Source of the DNA: Geosiphon pyriformis uo1
Taxonomy: Eukaryota > Fungi > Glomeromycota
Length of the DNA: 64,000 bases
Reading direction: 5' to 3'
Assembly (NCBI GenBank): GCA_016748015.1
Contig: JAAOMT010000778.1
Location: 4,945-68,944 of the forward strand
Both the position numbers and the translations under genes were made by a program. Position 1 is the stretch's first letter; each line of letters starts with the position of its first letter. Below, in pieces: positions 38,689 through 50,490 of this stretch. The notes beneath the pieces are model-generated. The model searched no databases. It worked only from the letters and a program-made list of their open reading frames with translations, and was not told the origin of the DNA.

Positions 38689-41600
38689 TTTAAAGACTAA
38701 TAAACAGTAGTTTCAACTAAGGAATCCTCTCCAAAGAAATTGATGTTGGCATGATTGAGTCTTTGGTTGGAGACATTGTTTTTTTTTTTTTTTTGTTAAT
38801 ATGTAGCCACATTGGTCATTTATTAGTTATGTCTATAGTAATATGGCACTTTCATAAAGCCAGCTCACCCAATAATACAAATTACAAGATATGGCTAACC
38901 AAAAGTAGAAAGCCCTAACTACATGCTAGTATTACCTTTGCTACCTAATGTATTAAACATATTTAACTAATACATCTTACTCATAATGCTAACAAACTCA
39001 TGACTATTCTTAACTATACCACTCATCTACTTAGCAGTCTGATCAGGACTGGATTTAATACTGGAAGGCTGATTTTCTCATAGGTACATCATAATATCAA
39101 AGGTATTGTTATAGACTAAAAAGTCCTTATTATCATTATCATTATCATTATTATCCATGTTTTCATCCTCTTCTAACACATCCTCCAAGTAGGCCTGTTC
39201 ACATTTTTTTTCAAGGTGTGTCATTTTTTTCTGTATTATGGTAGCAACAGCAGCCAAACCTTTATTTTGCTTAGCCAACTCAGCCACACTTTTCCTAATT
39301 AACACATCCACAACAGATGGAGTAAACAGCAATTTGGTAACCAATACAACCAGAGCACTAACAGGTTCAACCAAAAATTTTATCAATACAAACAGCTTGC
39401 TAAGATGGGATTCTAAAAAAGCCAACCTAAATTTAACAGCAATATTGGGAGCAGAAAAGACAACAGACAACATAGATGTTGTAGTTTTGAGGGGACCACT
39501 GAGATCCAAGTTCATTTCAGCAGCAGCAGCAACAGAAAGAACCACAAAGGCAGCAGCTTTGACATAAGATTTCAATTTAGCAAATAAAAGTTTGAAAACT
39601 CTGGGGCCACCAGAAGTGTTGGAAGATAGTTTGGATAGAATAAGAGATGACTTTTTGCAGTCCACAGCCAAATGGGTCAGGTTTTAACACTTGTAGCAGT
39701 GGTGACATCTAGGAGTTTTTCACCAGATGTGGCAACCATACAAGGTACTAGTTTTTAACACAGCAGTATTTAAAGATTCCAAAAAATCAAAGGTAACCAC
39801 AGCAAAATGTTGACATTGGTAAGATTCAAGGGAGCAAGGAATAAAACATGTACAGTCACCAACTTGGGAAATCAAATCACTTATCTCAAAGGCAGTATAG
39901 CCAAAGGATAGATTAACCAACTTAGTCTTAAAAGTGTCTCTTGAAAAAATAACATTATTTTGGTTGACAACAGGAAGAATTCTAATATTGTCTTTTCTAA
40001 CCAGCACAAATTAGTAAGTAAAAGCAGCAGCAGCAGAAGAAGTGTCTTTGAAATAAACCACAGCATATTGTTATAAGCCAACAGGCTTTAACTTAACAGA
40101 AGTAACAACACCAAAAATGCCAAGAGCAGATTTGATGTTATCAGAGGAGGTATCCAAAAGTATATTACGAAATGCAATTGACAAAGAAGAGAAAGAAACA
40201 GAGACCATATCAGAAGACTGTGCAATCTTAAGAGTGGTCAAAAAAACTTTATTACCAATGGCCACTTTGGTGGCATTATTTAAACTCTTCTGAGATACAA
40301 ATTTCACACAAAATAACTTGACAGTATTTCATAAAACAGACTTAAGCCCAATACAACCAGATAGCAACTGAAACAAGAAACTGAGCAGGGCCATCTTAAT
40401 CTTAAATTTAACACCAGGTACAAAATTGGAGGCCACTCAACCAGAAAACTTTTGATGACCATTTATATTCTTTCAAGCACCACTATTAGTAGCACCAAAA
40501 ACTGAAAAAGAAACAGTTAATTCTATTTCTATCTGATTAGCCCAATCTTTGAGATCATCTGAAATAATAGACTGTTTTGCTTTTGGGATTGACAATGATC
40601 TGCTGAAGAGTACCACATTAGACAACACAACCAGTAGTTGATCTTGGTCTATCTTGGAAGATATGCTGCTGCTGTTGCTATCTATATCAGAAAGAGAGCT
40701 GACTGTTGTTGTAGAGATCTTACCAAAAATCTCATCTGAAACCACAAAGAAGTTTGGTGTGACCATAGCAGTTGTGATTGCCTGCTACTGTTTTTTGGAA
40801 TTTTTTGCTTTTGCAGCCATTTGTAAAGCAGTAGAAGTAGTAGTAGTAGTAGAAATAGTAAAAGTGAGAAAGACTAGCTTGTTAACTGGTCTGTTATTAA
40901 AAATCTTTAAGCTCTTAGAAGTAATAAAGACAACACTAGGACTAACCTAAGTGTGTTTTTTGGAAAAAACTTTGACTGGAGAAGAACTACCAGCCAAAAG
41001 TAAAGAAAATAAACCAGAAGCTGCTAAAGACAGCTTTTTACTAATATTTTTTAAAGGAAATATAACCAGAACATTTTGTCTAGCTGCTTCAATAACTGAG
41101 AGACTCTCTCATGTTGAAACTTTATTAGTTACTATAGGAAAAGTAATGTTTGCAACTTTTTTACTCTTAGCTCTAATCATGGTCATAAAAATTAAGAGAG
41201 AAAAAGTTTTTTTTCAACCATAACAGTAGAAAACAACCAACAAGTAATTTTTTATCTTAAAATGTTCAGATACTTGAAGATAAGGAAAGAAAAATTAGCA
41301 ATATTGAGGACATTGTTGTTGATGATTCTGTTGTTTTAATTGTCATTGTTTCTGGAAGTTGGAGGAAACAGAAGAGAATTGTTACAATCTCTGGAGAAAT
41401 GTCCAGTTAATCTACAGTGATAATACACAGATGGGCCATGATTTTGTTGTCTTTAATAAAGAGTTTGCTGGGATTGATTAAAACAGGATTCAAATCTGGA
41501 TCTTTGGGATTGTTGATTTTCTTTGACTGCTTGGACTAAGGGTTTCAGTAACCAGGCAAAATTAGCTGTAAGTCTATCTATTAACTGTTTATTTGGGTCT

Positions 41601-42772
41601 TAAGTTTGGGCAGCAAAAAAGGTAACAGCCATTTGGAGAGCAGAAGCCATAATAAGAGCAAAAGCAAAAACTGGAAGTGTGAATTCCAAGTGCATTCTTT
41701 GGTTGTCTTCAATTTGTTGGGCAAATTCAATGGGTATGTCTATTGTGGGATTGTTTTTTAGGGCCAAAAAGAGCCAAAGTGCATAGGACAGATCTGTTTT
41801 TAATCTTTTTGTAAAGGAATAAAACTTTTGTTCTTCTGTTCAGTTTCTTTCAGAATCTACTCTTTTAATTAACTTTCTGATGACTTTGGCATATTCAGTT
41901 ACCACTTCACTAGGATCTTGGATTCTTTTTTCTAGTTCCATGTACTATTTAGATATCAAAATAGGAGTTCTAAATTTTATTTCAAACCAGGTAGTAAAAG
42001 AGATGTTGTTTTTTTTGGCATTTGTTGGTGCCCATTTAATGATTCTTTATTGAACATTGGCATTGGTTTCTTGTAAGAACCAAGTAGCAAAAAAGTCTTG
42101 AAAATAGCCACCAATGATTTGGAACTTATATTTATTATTATATTGATTGGCTGTGGCAGCTCTTTTAAAGTCATTCAACCATTCAATTGGATCTTGTGTA
42201 TTACCTCTAAACAAGGATAATAGAGTGTTGTTTCTTCTTCCCAAAGCAGTTTGTATGTCTTGGAGAGCAATTAGAATGTTCTGTTGTATAGGATTATTAG
42301 CCATTGGTTCAGAAATTACTGTTTGAGTAGAGTGATTTGATTTATTTAAGAAAAGATCAAAAACAAAAGCAGTTTGATAGCTTTCTTTTTTTGTTTCAAG
42401 AGGAGTTTTAGTTGATTGATGAGCAGCAATCTAAGTATAGATTTGATGATTCAGATATTCGAAATCAGAGGGCTGTTATTCAAAGATTGTGAAATATAAA
42501 AGCTAATTGATGCTGTTGTTTTTTTCTTCAAAGTTGTCTTCAAAATAAGCTTAATTAAAGTAATAAGTTGTATAGACTGTATAGGTTTCAACTGAATGCT
42601 TATTCAAAAACCAGTTCCAAAAGTCTTGAAATTGTCTGCTGAATTGTTTTTCAATAAGGAAGCAAATCAAGCAAGAGAGCAAAAAATTGAGTTCAATAAA
42701 GTTTAAATTATTTTTGTTGTGTGCTTCAAAGTGTTCTTTTGATTGTTGTGACAGGTATGAATAATCACCTAT
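38682..42772 (-). pseudogene. gag: Gypsy-A gag (A5), interrupted by C3
   Basis: ORF pieces 42551-42820 and 42047-42304; zinc-knuckle remnant at ~41385-41425. Confidence 0.85.
38779..41214 (-). mobile_element. HAL-C copy C3 (ORF1-only), best preserved copy
   Basis: Long poly(T) at 38779-38794; 5' motif A8CTTTTTCTCTC; TSD GACATTGTT lies ~95 bp beyond the 5' end. Confidence 0.88.
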
Positions 42773-42825
42773 ACAATTAGGAAACAAAGTGAATTTTGAC
42801 AACTTTACAGGAAGCACCACTTTTA

Positions 42826-43466
42826 TGTTACAGATTGGAGTAACAAGCTAATGGATAGCAAAGAAGAACAGGATTGTAGAGTAATAGAAATAATCAAAGG
42901 AATTTCAATTTCAAGGAGAGAATTAAATGAGTAAGGATTCAATGTGTGAAATTAATCTCATAAAATATCTTAGTCACTGTACTTTTCAAAAGATAACCAG
43001 AAAATCTAAAGATAAAGAAATAGTTTGTACTGTTAACAAATAATCACACACTGGTATAATTCTATGTCTTACATTGGTGCTTTTAGAATTCAATATCAGG
43101 TATTAGATGTACTCTTTAGTCACATTTTATTCAATAATCTTTAAATGTTGCAAATACACATTCAGAAAAAGGGTAGATAAATGCTAACAAGTAATCTTTT
43201 ATCCCAAGATGTTCAGATACTTGAAAATAAGAAAAGAGAAATTAGTGATAAGAGAAGAATTGAAATAAAGTTGTTATTTTATTTTATTTTATTTTTTTAT
43301 TTCTGCATGCTTTTCTATAGCTAAAAAATTCATCACTTATATAGCTATCAAAAGTAGTTAATGATCAGGTCAATAATTACTATCTAAAAATAAAATGGCT
43401 AATTATATGATATCAGTGGCTAATACATGTGATAATTAATAAGAAGTATAGGTTTCAACTATAACA
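42826..43466 (-). repeat. Gypsy-A 5' LTR of A5
   Basis: Adjacent PBS acaggaagcacca at 42807-42819. Confidence 0.92.
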
Positions 43467-46400
43467 ACATCAAAAAAAACAGCTCTACATAGGCAAGCAG
43501 CAGACTTTTTTCCAACAACAGCCAACAGACTAAAAGAAAAAACCAACAAAAAATACAGACATATTGGAAAAATAAGTGTAAAAAATCTAACTAAAAGATT
43601 TAACCAAGTAATTAAAAAAGACTTATCTGAAAACACAATTAATCAAACCAACAACTTTGTTTTACAACCAATGTTTAACAAAAGAGAAAATAATAATAAA
43701 TTCCAAATAAAAACTTGGATTAGTGAAAAAAGCATTCTAAAGTTCTTAAGAAAAATAGGCAAATAAAAGCAGCTCTGAAAAAATGCAATTCTAAAATCTT
43801 GAACAAAATCAACAATAGAAAATCTGTGAAGAAAATTGAAAAGCAATAAACAATTCATTTATTATAAACAAAAATTTGGCTAATCTAGATAATATTATAA
43901 AAGATATTGAAGACTTTAAATTGGACCTATCAAGCAGAATAACAAGTTTAAGTCCAGACCAATATGATAGTAAATTACTTGGCAAAAAACCCATGTCTAT
44001 GAAATCAAATCAAGAGGAAAAATAAAAAACTGTGGTTTATGGAATCTAAAAACATGTGCTTTTTGTACAGATATTGGACATACCAAAAAAAACATAAGAA
44101 AGAAAGTGGAGTGAATTTACAATTTTTTGAGAGATGTCAATTATCTTTTAGGAGCTGTGATAATAAAAAACCAAGAAATTTGAATGGATTTCTTCCAAGT
44201 TGTAAAAAAAAATCAGACCAGAAAAATCCTGGTAAATAAGAAAATTAAATTATTTCTAATGACTACTGATAACATTACCAACCAAATAGCCAGTCAAAAA
44301 AAAGTTCTGATAAGAAATATCTCTTTAGATATTTCAAACAGAGAAATAGAAGCTGCTATAAAAGAATTTGGTAAGATTAAAAAAGTTCAAATCAAAGTGG
44401 CCAGAAAATGACAATTAATAATAGTTGAATTTAACAACCAAAAAAAAACAACTAGAGCTGTAAATTAATAGTTAATTATAGTCAAAAAAAATGCAGTCAG
44501 AATTTACTTAATAATAAAAACTCAAAAGACTATTAAGCAAAAAAAAACCTAAGAAGCTAAACTTGTAGGTCTATTACAGAATTGTACTGTTTACTATTTG
44601 AGTACCACTCTAAATCAAATCAAAGCCCAATTTTGCTTTATTCTAAGAACTAGCAAGAATTATACAAAGATGAATTGTGTTTACATAGAATTTGACAGTA
44701 AAGTTAGTCACAATAATGCAACCAACAAGCCCTTGGTAATTGAGAACACACTAGTTTACTGATGCCAAAGAGTGCCACTTTTGTTATTATGTAGAATATT
44801 TAGTCTTTAAATATCTAACTCTGCATAGAAAAAAAGAGAGAAATACCAAAAAAGTTACCAATAATATAAAATTGGCAAAGCTATATGTTAGAAAAAATAT
44901 TCTAAAAAAACTTATCAAGATCTTTGATAGAAGATTATATGTCAAAATGACTGCATTCAAACTGTTTTATAATTTGAACAATGCAAATTCAAACAGATTT
45001 CAAAAACTTGGTTTACAAGTAAACAATAAAAAAAACCAACCAAAAAAAAAGTAAACTAACTATAAAAGGCTGAAATTAATAAGTTAAGACAACAAATTAA
45101 TAAAATGGCCAAACTGCTAAATAAAATGGCTGCCAAACTTGAAGTAACAATAGAGGAAAAAAAAATAGTGACTTAACAGCAAATTCATATTTCAGAAGAG
45201 AAAATAGAGATAAAAAATAGAACATTAAGTCAGAATACAATATCCAAGTCTAACTTAACAAAAAAAAAGACATACAACTCAGAGACAAAATCAATGAAAT
45301 TAAAAAAACATTAAAATCTATTCTGATGTTGTTAAAACAAGTGAAAAAATAAGGTAATTGGAGCAGTCCTATTGTTAAAAAACCTAAATCTATGAAAACA
45401 AATAATGTGTACTATATCCAATTTCAATATAGAACAGAATAACTCTAATAATAATACTTGAAAAATTAACACTGTTAATGTTAAAAGACTTAATAATTCT
45501 GGTAAAACTAAAAAGATGTTGTAATAGATTATAGAAAAACAATTTGACTTTGTAATTATTAAAAAAACTAAACTGACTTTACTTAAAAAAAAAAATATAT
45601 TGTTTAGTTTTAATAAATATTATGTCTTTTGGAAGTCAAGTACTGAAAAACAAATAGGAATTAAAATAGATATACTGATTAAAAAATATTGGATGCACTA
45701 TGTTGAAATAATCAAGAGTTATTATGGAAGACTATTATATTTGGTGTTGAAATTTAGAAATAAAATTAGTGTATACATGGTAGAATTGTATATGTCTGCT
45801 TTAAAATCAACTATTGAAAAAACAATAGCAAAAAAAATTAAAAAACCTTTGGAAAATATTGTGTAAAACAAAGAAATAACTATTGTAACAGACAATTTGA
45901 ATAAAGATTTGGTATCCAAATTACTTAAAAAAATATTTGCTACAAACAAAATCAAAGTTTGTTCAATTGCAAAAAATAAATTTGGTAAATACACATGGAG
46001 TATATACAACAAACAATCCAAAAAAAACATGAGTATTAAATAGAGTACAAAAAAAATTAAACTATATGTTTATTAATGCTATTACAGCCTTATTGGTTAC
46101 AAACATTAGAATAATTAATATCAATAAATCATTTAGTACTGATCACAAAACAGTAATAACAATTATCTAATTTAACAAAATCTTGACAAGCACTAAAAAA
46201 TTTAGATCTGGAAAAAAAAAGTAGCACAACTATGATTGATATTAAAAAAGCATTTGAGATGCAATGAAAAATTTATGCAAGAAAAACTGATTAATTGACA
46301 GATGAAGCACAAAAAAATCAATAGATAATAATAATAATAATTTAAACCAAATATGACTTATAATCAAGAAAACTATATTACAAGCTACTAATTATTTACC

Positions 46401-46662
46401 AAAAAGAAAAATAGAAGCCCAATCTGCATACACAAAAAAAAAATGCATAGATTATAAGCTTGTTAAAATTGTAGCTAATATAATCAAACAAATAAAAATA
46501 AACAATACAGATATACATAATAACAATGTTATACAGCTATTTACTAAATGGAAACAGTTGAAACCTAAAACAGTAAATACATATCTAATAACTCTCCCAA
46601 AAAATAAACTTATTACAGAATTACTCAGCATTAAAAAAGAAATACAGATTAATACTATATGT

Positions 46663-47643
46663 TGTTACCGGAGATTTTTGGTCTCTTTTCTGTAATGTTG
46701 TTGATACTTATTTGCTGTGAATTCACGTTTTTTGGATGTGGTTGAACCTCCAGTAACTGAATTTATCTTCAAATTATCTCCTATAATTTGAACTTGCTGG
46801 ACTTATGAGTGGAATGGCCAATTCCGTGCCAGTTGCTTTATGTAGTTACGTTGTAGTAAACGTCAACTCTTTCCCAGGAATTGCTTGTCTGGAAGCTTAC
46901 TAAAAAATGTGTAGTTACTTTGCTGTGAAAGTCAACTCTTCTACAGGAATCTCGTCTGTAGGCTACCTTAATGATTGTAATAAGAAAAGAAAAGAAAAAT
47001 AAAAGAAGTGTAAAAGAAATAGGATTTTTATTAAGGAAAACGTTTTCTATTCAGGCCTGGAGTCACTAACAGTTTACTGAAATTGGTAGCTAATCAATTT
47101 CGAAATGTTAGTTGGGTTTTTGGGGGTTTTTTTAAGTACAATAATTAAAGAATTTGGTTTTTCGAATTATTTGATATTTATTTTTTTTTGTGTGTATAGA
47201 AATGGTTTTTAAGAGATAAATCTAAAGTAAGATACATTTTTTCGAAGAAAAAAGCTCTTCTTTTATACAACTTGTTGTAACACTATTCTATGAACTTGAA
47301 CTTTGCTATTTTCTACAATTTCACTGAACTAAAGATACATTTCGGCAAACTACAAGTTATTTCGGTGAACTATTAGATATTTCGGTGAACTATCAATTAT
47401 TTCGGTGAATTTCTACAAATTTCGGCGAACTTCTGAATGTTACATAGTTTGGAGTATTGCATGATTGATCATCACAATTAGGTTACATTTGTGTTGTGTA
47501 CAATTTGAGTTATTAATTAAATGATAATTTCGGACATTTTTGCTAATGTAATAAGTGATCATTTGAAACGATAATATGCTAATTAATGATAGGAATTATA
47601 AGATAATTTCATGCTAAATAATATCTAATTTTGTCTGGTAACA
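46663..47643 (-). repeat. Gypsy-F 3' LTR (981 bp)
   Basis: Near-identical to 49762-50348 over the shared part; 20-bp TTCGGYGAA repeat array. Confidence 0.92.
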
Positions 47644-47818
47644 TAACTTCCTCCTCAAGACTGAGCTCCATCGAAGTCCAAGTACTGTCTGTTATTTCCA
47701 GATAATAATCCAAAATTATTGAAGAAATTTGGTCTGAAAATTGTTGAAATTTCAGTTCTGTAAGCTTTCCAATGTATTGAATCTTCAAAGGTTGAAAAAT
47801 TGGGTTTTGTAGTATGTG

Positions 47819-49680
47819 TTCACAAGTGTGAAATAGTGGTGTGGTTATGAGAAGGGTTTCGTTGTTGTTGTGCTGCAGCTCTACCTTCCGAGGGTGTAGT
47901 ATGGTGAAAATCCTGTTCTTCTGGCATTGTTAAATAACTGGGTTGAGTGTGATAATGGTTGAATCTTGGTTGAGTGGTATTTCGGGGAACCAATTGGTTG
48001 TTTAAACTGATTCTACTGTTGTTTACTTGGTATCGGTTTTGTGGTGTGAATTGATTTTGTGTAATCAGTCTTCAAGCAGGTACTTGATAATGTTGTGTGG
48101 GTGGTTGTTGGTATTGCTGTTGGATTGGTTGTGGGGTGGGCTGATAATAGTTATTTTGGTATTGGGGTCTTGGTGGATAGTAAGCTGGTGGTGATGGTTG
48201 ATAATAAGATTGCTGTGGTGGAGAGTAACGTTGATTACCCCTATTTTGTTGGTCTCATTGCAGCTTTCTGCAATCTCTTTTCCAGTGGCCAGAGATTCCA
48301 CAGTAATGGCAATTTTGGGGCTGGTTATTGGAAAGTAGTGCAAAGTTATTTTGATTTCGTCTTTGGGGTGGTTGATATCTTTGGGGTTGTTGTTGTTGGT
48401 TGGTAAAATAGTTTTCGACCTTCTTTGTGAGTTGGTCAATTTTTTCTTCAGCTGCTGAGCTGGTTTTTCCAATTGCCAAATTTACAAGTTTTGTACGATT
48501 GGCTTCTTCTATGGCCATTTCGTATCTTTTCACATGCTGTATTGCAGAGTTTAAATCTTCTGGCGCATGTGGGCGAACTTTTTTAATTAGTTTGTCTTTT
48601 AGACCAGTGATAAATTGATCCAAGATTTGTGCATCAGAATAATAATCGTTTGTTTTGAGTTGGCGAATCCATCTGAGAAGTTTGTTGAATTTCTCAATAT
48701 AAGTCATAACGGATTCGGAGGGTTCTTGTTTGATATTTCGAAAATGATTGCGAAGAGTGATGGAGGTATTATTGTCGGTGAACTGTTCAAGGAAGGCTGC
48801 TTTGAAAGCATTCCAATTATTGAATGGGGCAGCAAGGTTTTCAAACTATTCTCCTGCTGTTCCTTTGAGAAAGTAGGGAATTGTTCTTAACATTCTGACA
48901 GTGTTCCATCCATTTGCATCTCCAGCTTTAGTAACTTGGTCAAGCCATTCTTGGGGACTGGTCTCAATATCTTCTTCATTGAATTCAGGGATTTTTGCAA
49001 TGTATGTTGTCATTTTGTCTTCTTCGTTTTCACTGTCTATTGATTCTTCTTCAGTTATTTCAGAGTTGTTTTTTTTGTTTGCTGCTGTCTCAAAGTGTTC
49101 ACTTTGATTTTCAGCTAGAAAATCAAGGAGATTGGAACTAGTTTGAAGGGGTTCTTGTTGTCTGGTGGGACTTCTGAGTGATGTAAAATCTTCTGGTCTT
49201 GCAAATCGATTCAAGGGTGAATTAGGTGTTTGTGCTTGTGCAAGTGAAGCTGGAAAAGGTGTGATAGTAAGTGGAAGTTTTGAGCTGGTTCTTTGTTCAG
49301 GTGTTTGTAAATGTTTGGCAGTTGTTTTCAGTAGTGTTGGAGTATTTGGGGTGGTTCTTGAATATTGCTTTAATTTGTTTTTGCTTTTGTTGCTTGTTTC
49401 TGTTTCCGATTCAAAATCAATAGTGTATTGAGACTGCACTGGATATGTTTCTTCACAGTATTTGATAATGTTAAAATTAAGTTCATGAAAGTAAGTGGCA
49501 AGTGTTTCACTATTAAGGTCTTCAGTTCCCAACTGTAAATAGTGTGCTAAATTATTGTAAAGGTTGCTTCTAACTTCTGAGATATTGTAATTTCCAAAAA
49601 GATAATTGTTGATGTGGTTTTCAATGTATTGGTATACTGATTTCTTGACAACTTCAATTCCGTCTGGACTGTTGAATCTT
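47819..49680 (-). pseudogene. gag: Gypsy-F gag (capsid, CCHC knuckle, Q/P/Y-rich tail) with a few in-frame stops
   Basis: KIPEF..SPQEWLDQV, PYFLKGTAGE*F, DQFITGL, CHYCGISGHWKRDC. The stops look like TGG>TAG and CGA>TGA transitions. Confidence 0.88.
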
Positions 49681-49761
49681 NNNNNNNNNNNNNNNNNNNN
49701 NNNNNNNNNNNNNNNNNNNNNNNNNNNNNNNNNNNNNNNNNNNNNNNNNNNNNNNNNNNNN
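49681..49761. other. Assembly gap (81 N)
   Basis: Run of N. It must hide ~400 bp of the 5' LTR plus the PBS and gag start. Confidence 0.98.
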
Positions 49762-50348
49762 CTGAAATTGGTAGCTAATCAATTTCGAAATGTTAGTTGG
49801 GTTTTTGGGGGTTTTTCTAAGTACAATAATTAAAGAATTTGGTTTTTTGAATTATTTGATATTTATTTCTTTTTGTGTGTATAGAAATGGTTTTTAAGAG
49901 ATAAATCTAAAGTAAGATACATTTTTTCAAAGAGAGAAGCTCTTCTTTTATACAACTTGTTGTAACACTATTCTATGAACTTGAACTTTGCTATTTTCTA
50001 CAATTTCGCTGAACTAAAGATACATTTCGGTGAACTACAAGTTATTTTGGCAAACTACAAGTTATTTCGGCGAACTATTAGATATTTCGGTAAACTATCA
50101 ATTATTTCGGTGAATTTCTACAAATTTTGGCGAACTTCTGAATGTTACATAGTTCGGAGTATTGCATGATTGATCATTGCAATTAGGTTACATTTGTGTT
50201 GTATACAATTTGAGTTATTAATTAAATGATAATTTCGAACATTTTTGCTAATGTAATAAGTGATCATTTAAAATGATAATATGCTAATTAATGATAGGAA
50301 TTATAAGATAATTTCATGCTAAATAATATCTAATTTTGTCTGGTAACA
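49762..50348 (-). repeat. Gypsy-F 5' LTR (partial, cut by the gap)
   Basis: Matches 47077-47643. Confidence 0.92.
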
Positions 50349-50490
50349 ATGTTAAAATTAAGCTATAACAACAAAGACAAATAGTAGACAATATTAATTA
50401 CTAAAAATTTAATATTTAATTTTTTTTATTTAATAGATTTTAAACAATTTTAAAAACAAAAAATAATTTTTTATTTAAGCTTAATATATA

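Larger units (their letters stand above)
32279..43466 (-). mobile_element. Gypsy-A copy A5, full length, with nested F solo LTR and C3
   Basis: LTRs at 32279-32931 and 42826-43466; perfect 4-bp TSD ACAT (32275-32278 / 43467-43470); gag, pol, IN and ORF3 remnants. Confidence 0.94.
46663..50348 (-). mobile_element. Gypsy-F copy F1: young gag-only LTR element
   Basis: TGTTACC...GGTAACA ends, perfect TSD ATGT, PPT gaggaggaag next to the left LTR. Visible interior has gag only; many CpGs retained. Confidence 0.9.
31882..50397 (+). mobile_element. LINE-B copy B3 (5' end, ORF1, endonuclease; 3'-truncated), interrupted by A5 and F1
   Basis: Segments 31882-32278, 43467-46662 and 50349-50397 join across the ACAT and ATGT TSDs. 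ORF1 runs to ~45350 and APE starts at ~45450. Confidence 0.87.

Noticed and set aside
47320-47435. Regularly spaced palindromic repeats resembling a mini-CRISPR
   Set aside because: The period is only 20 bp, the spacers are ~10 nt and related to each other, the array lies within both LTRs, and there are no cas genes.
48000-48007. TTTAAAC in Gypsy-F gag as a frameshift site
   Set aside because: Gag continues ~60 codons beyond it, no pol follows, and there is no second copy to show conservation.
49606-49833. ORF spanning the N run
   Set aside because: Artefact of the assembly gap.
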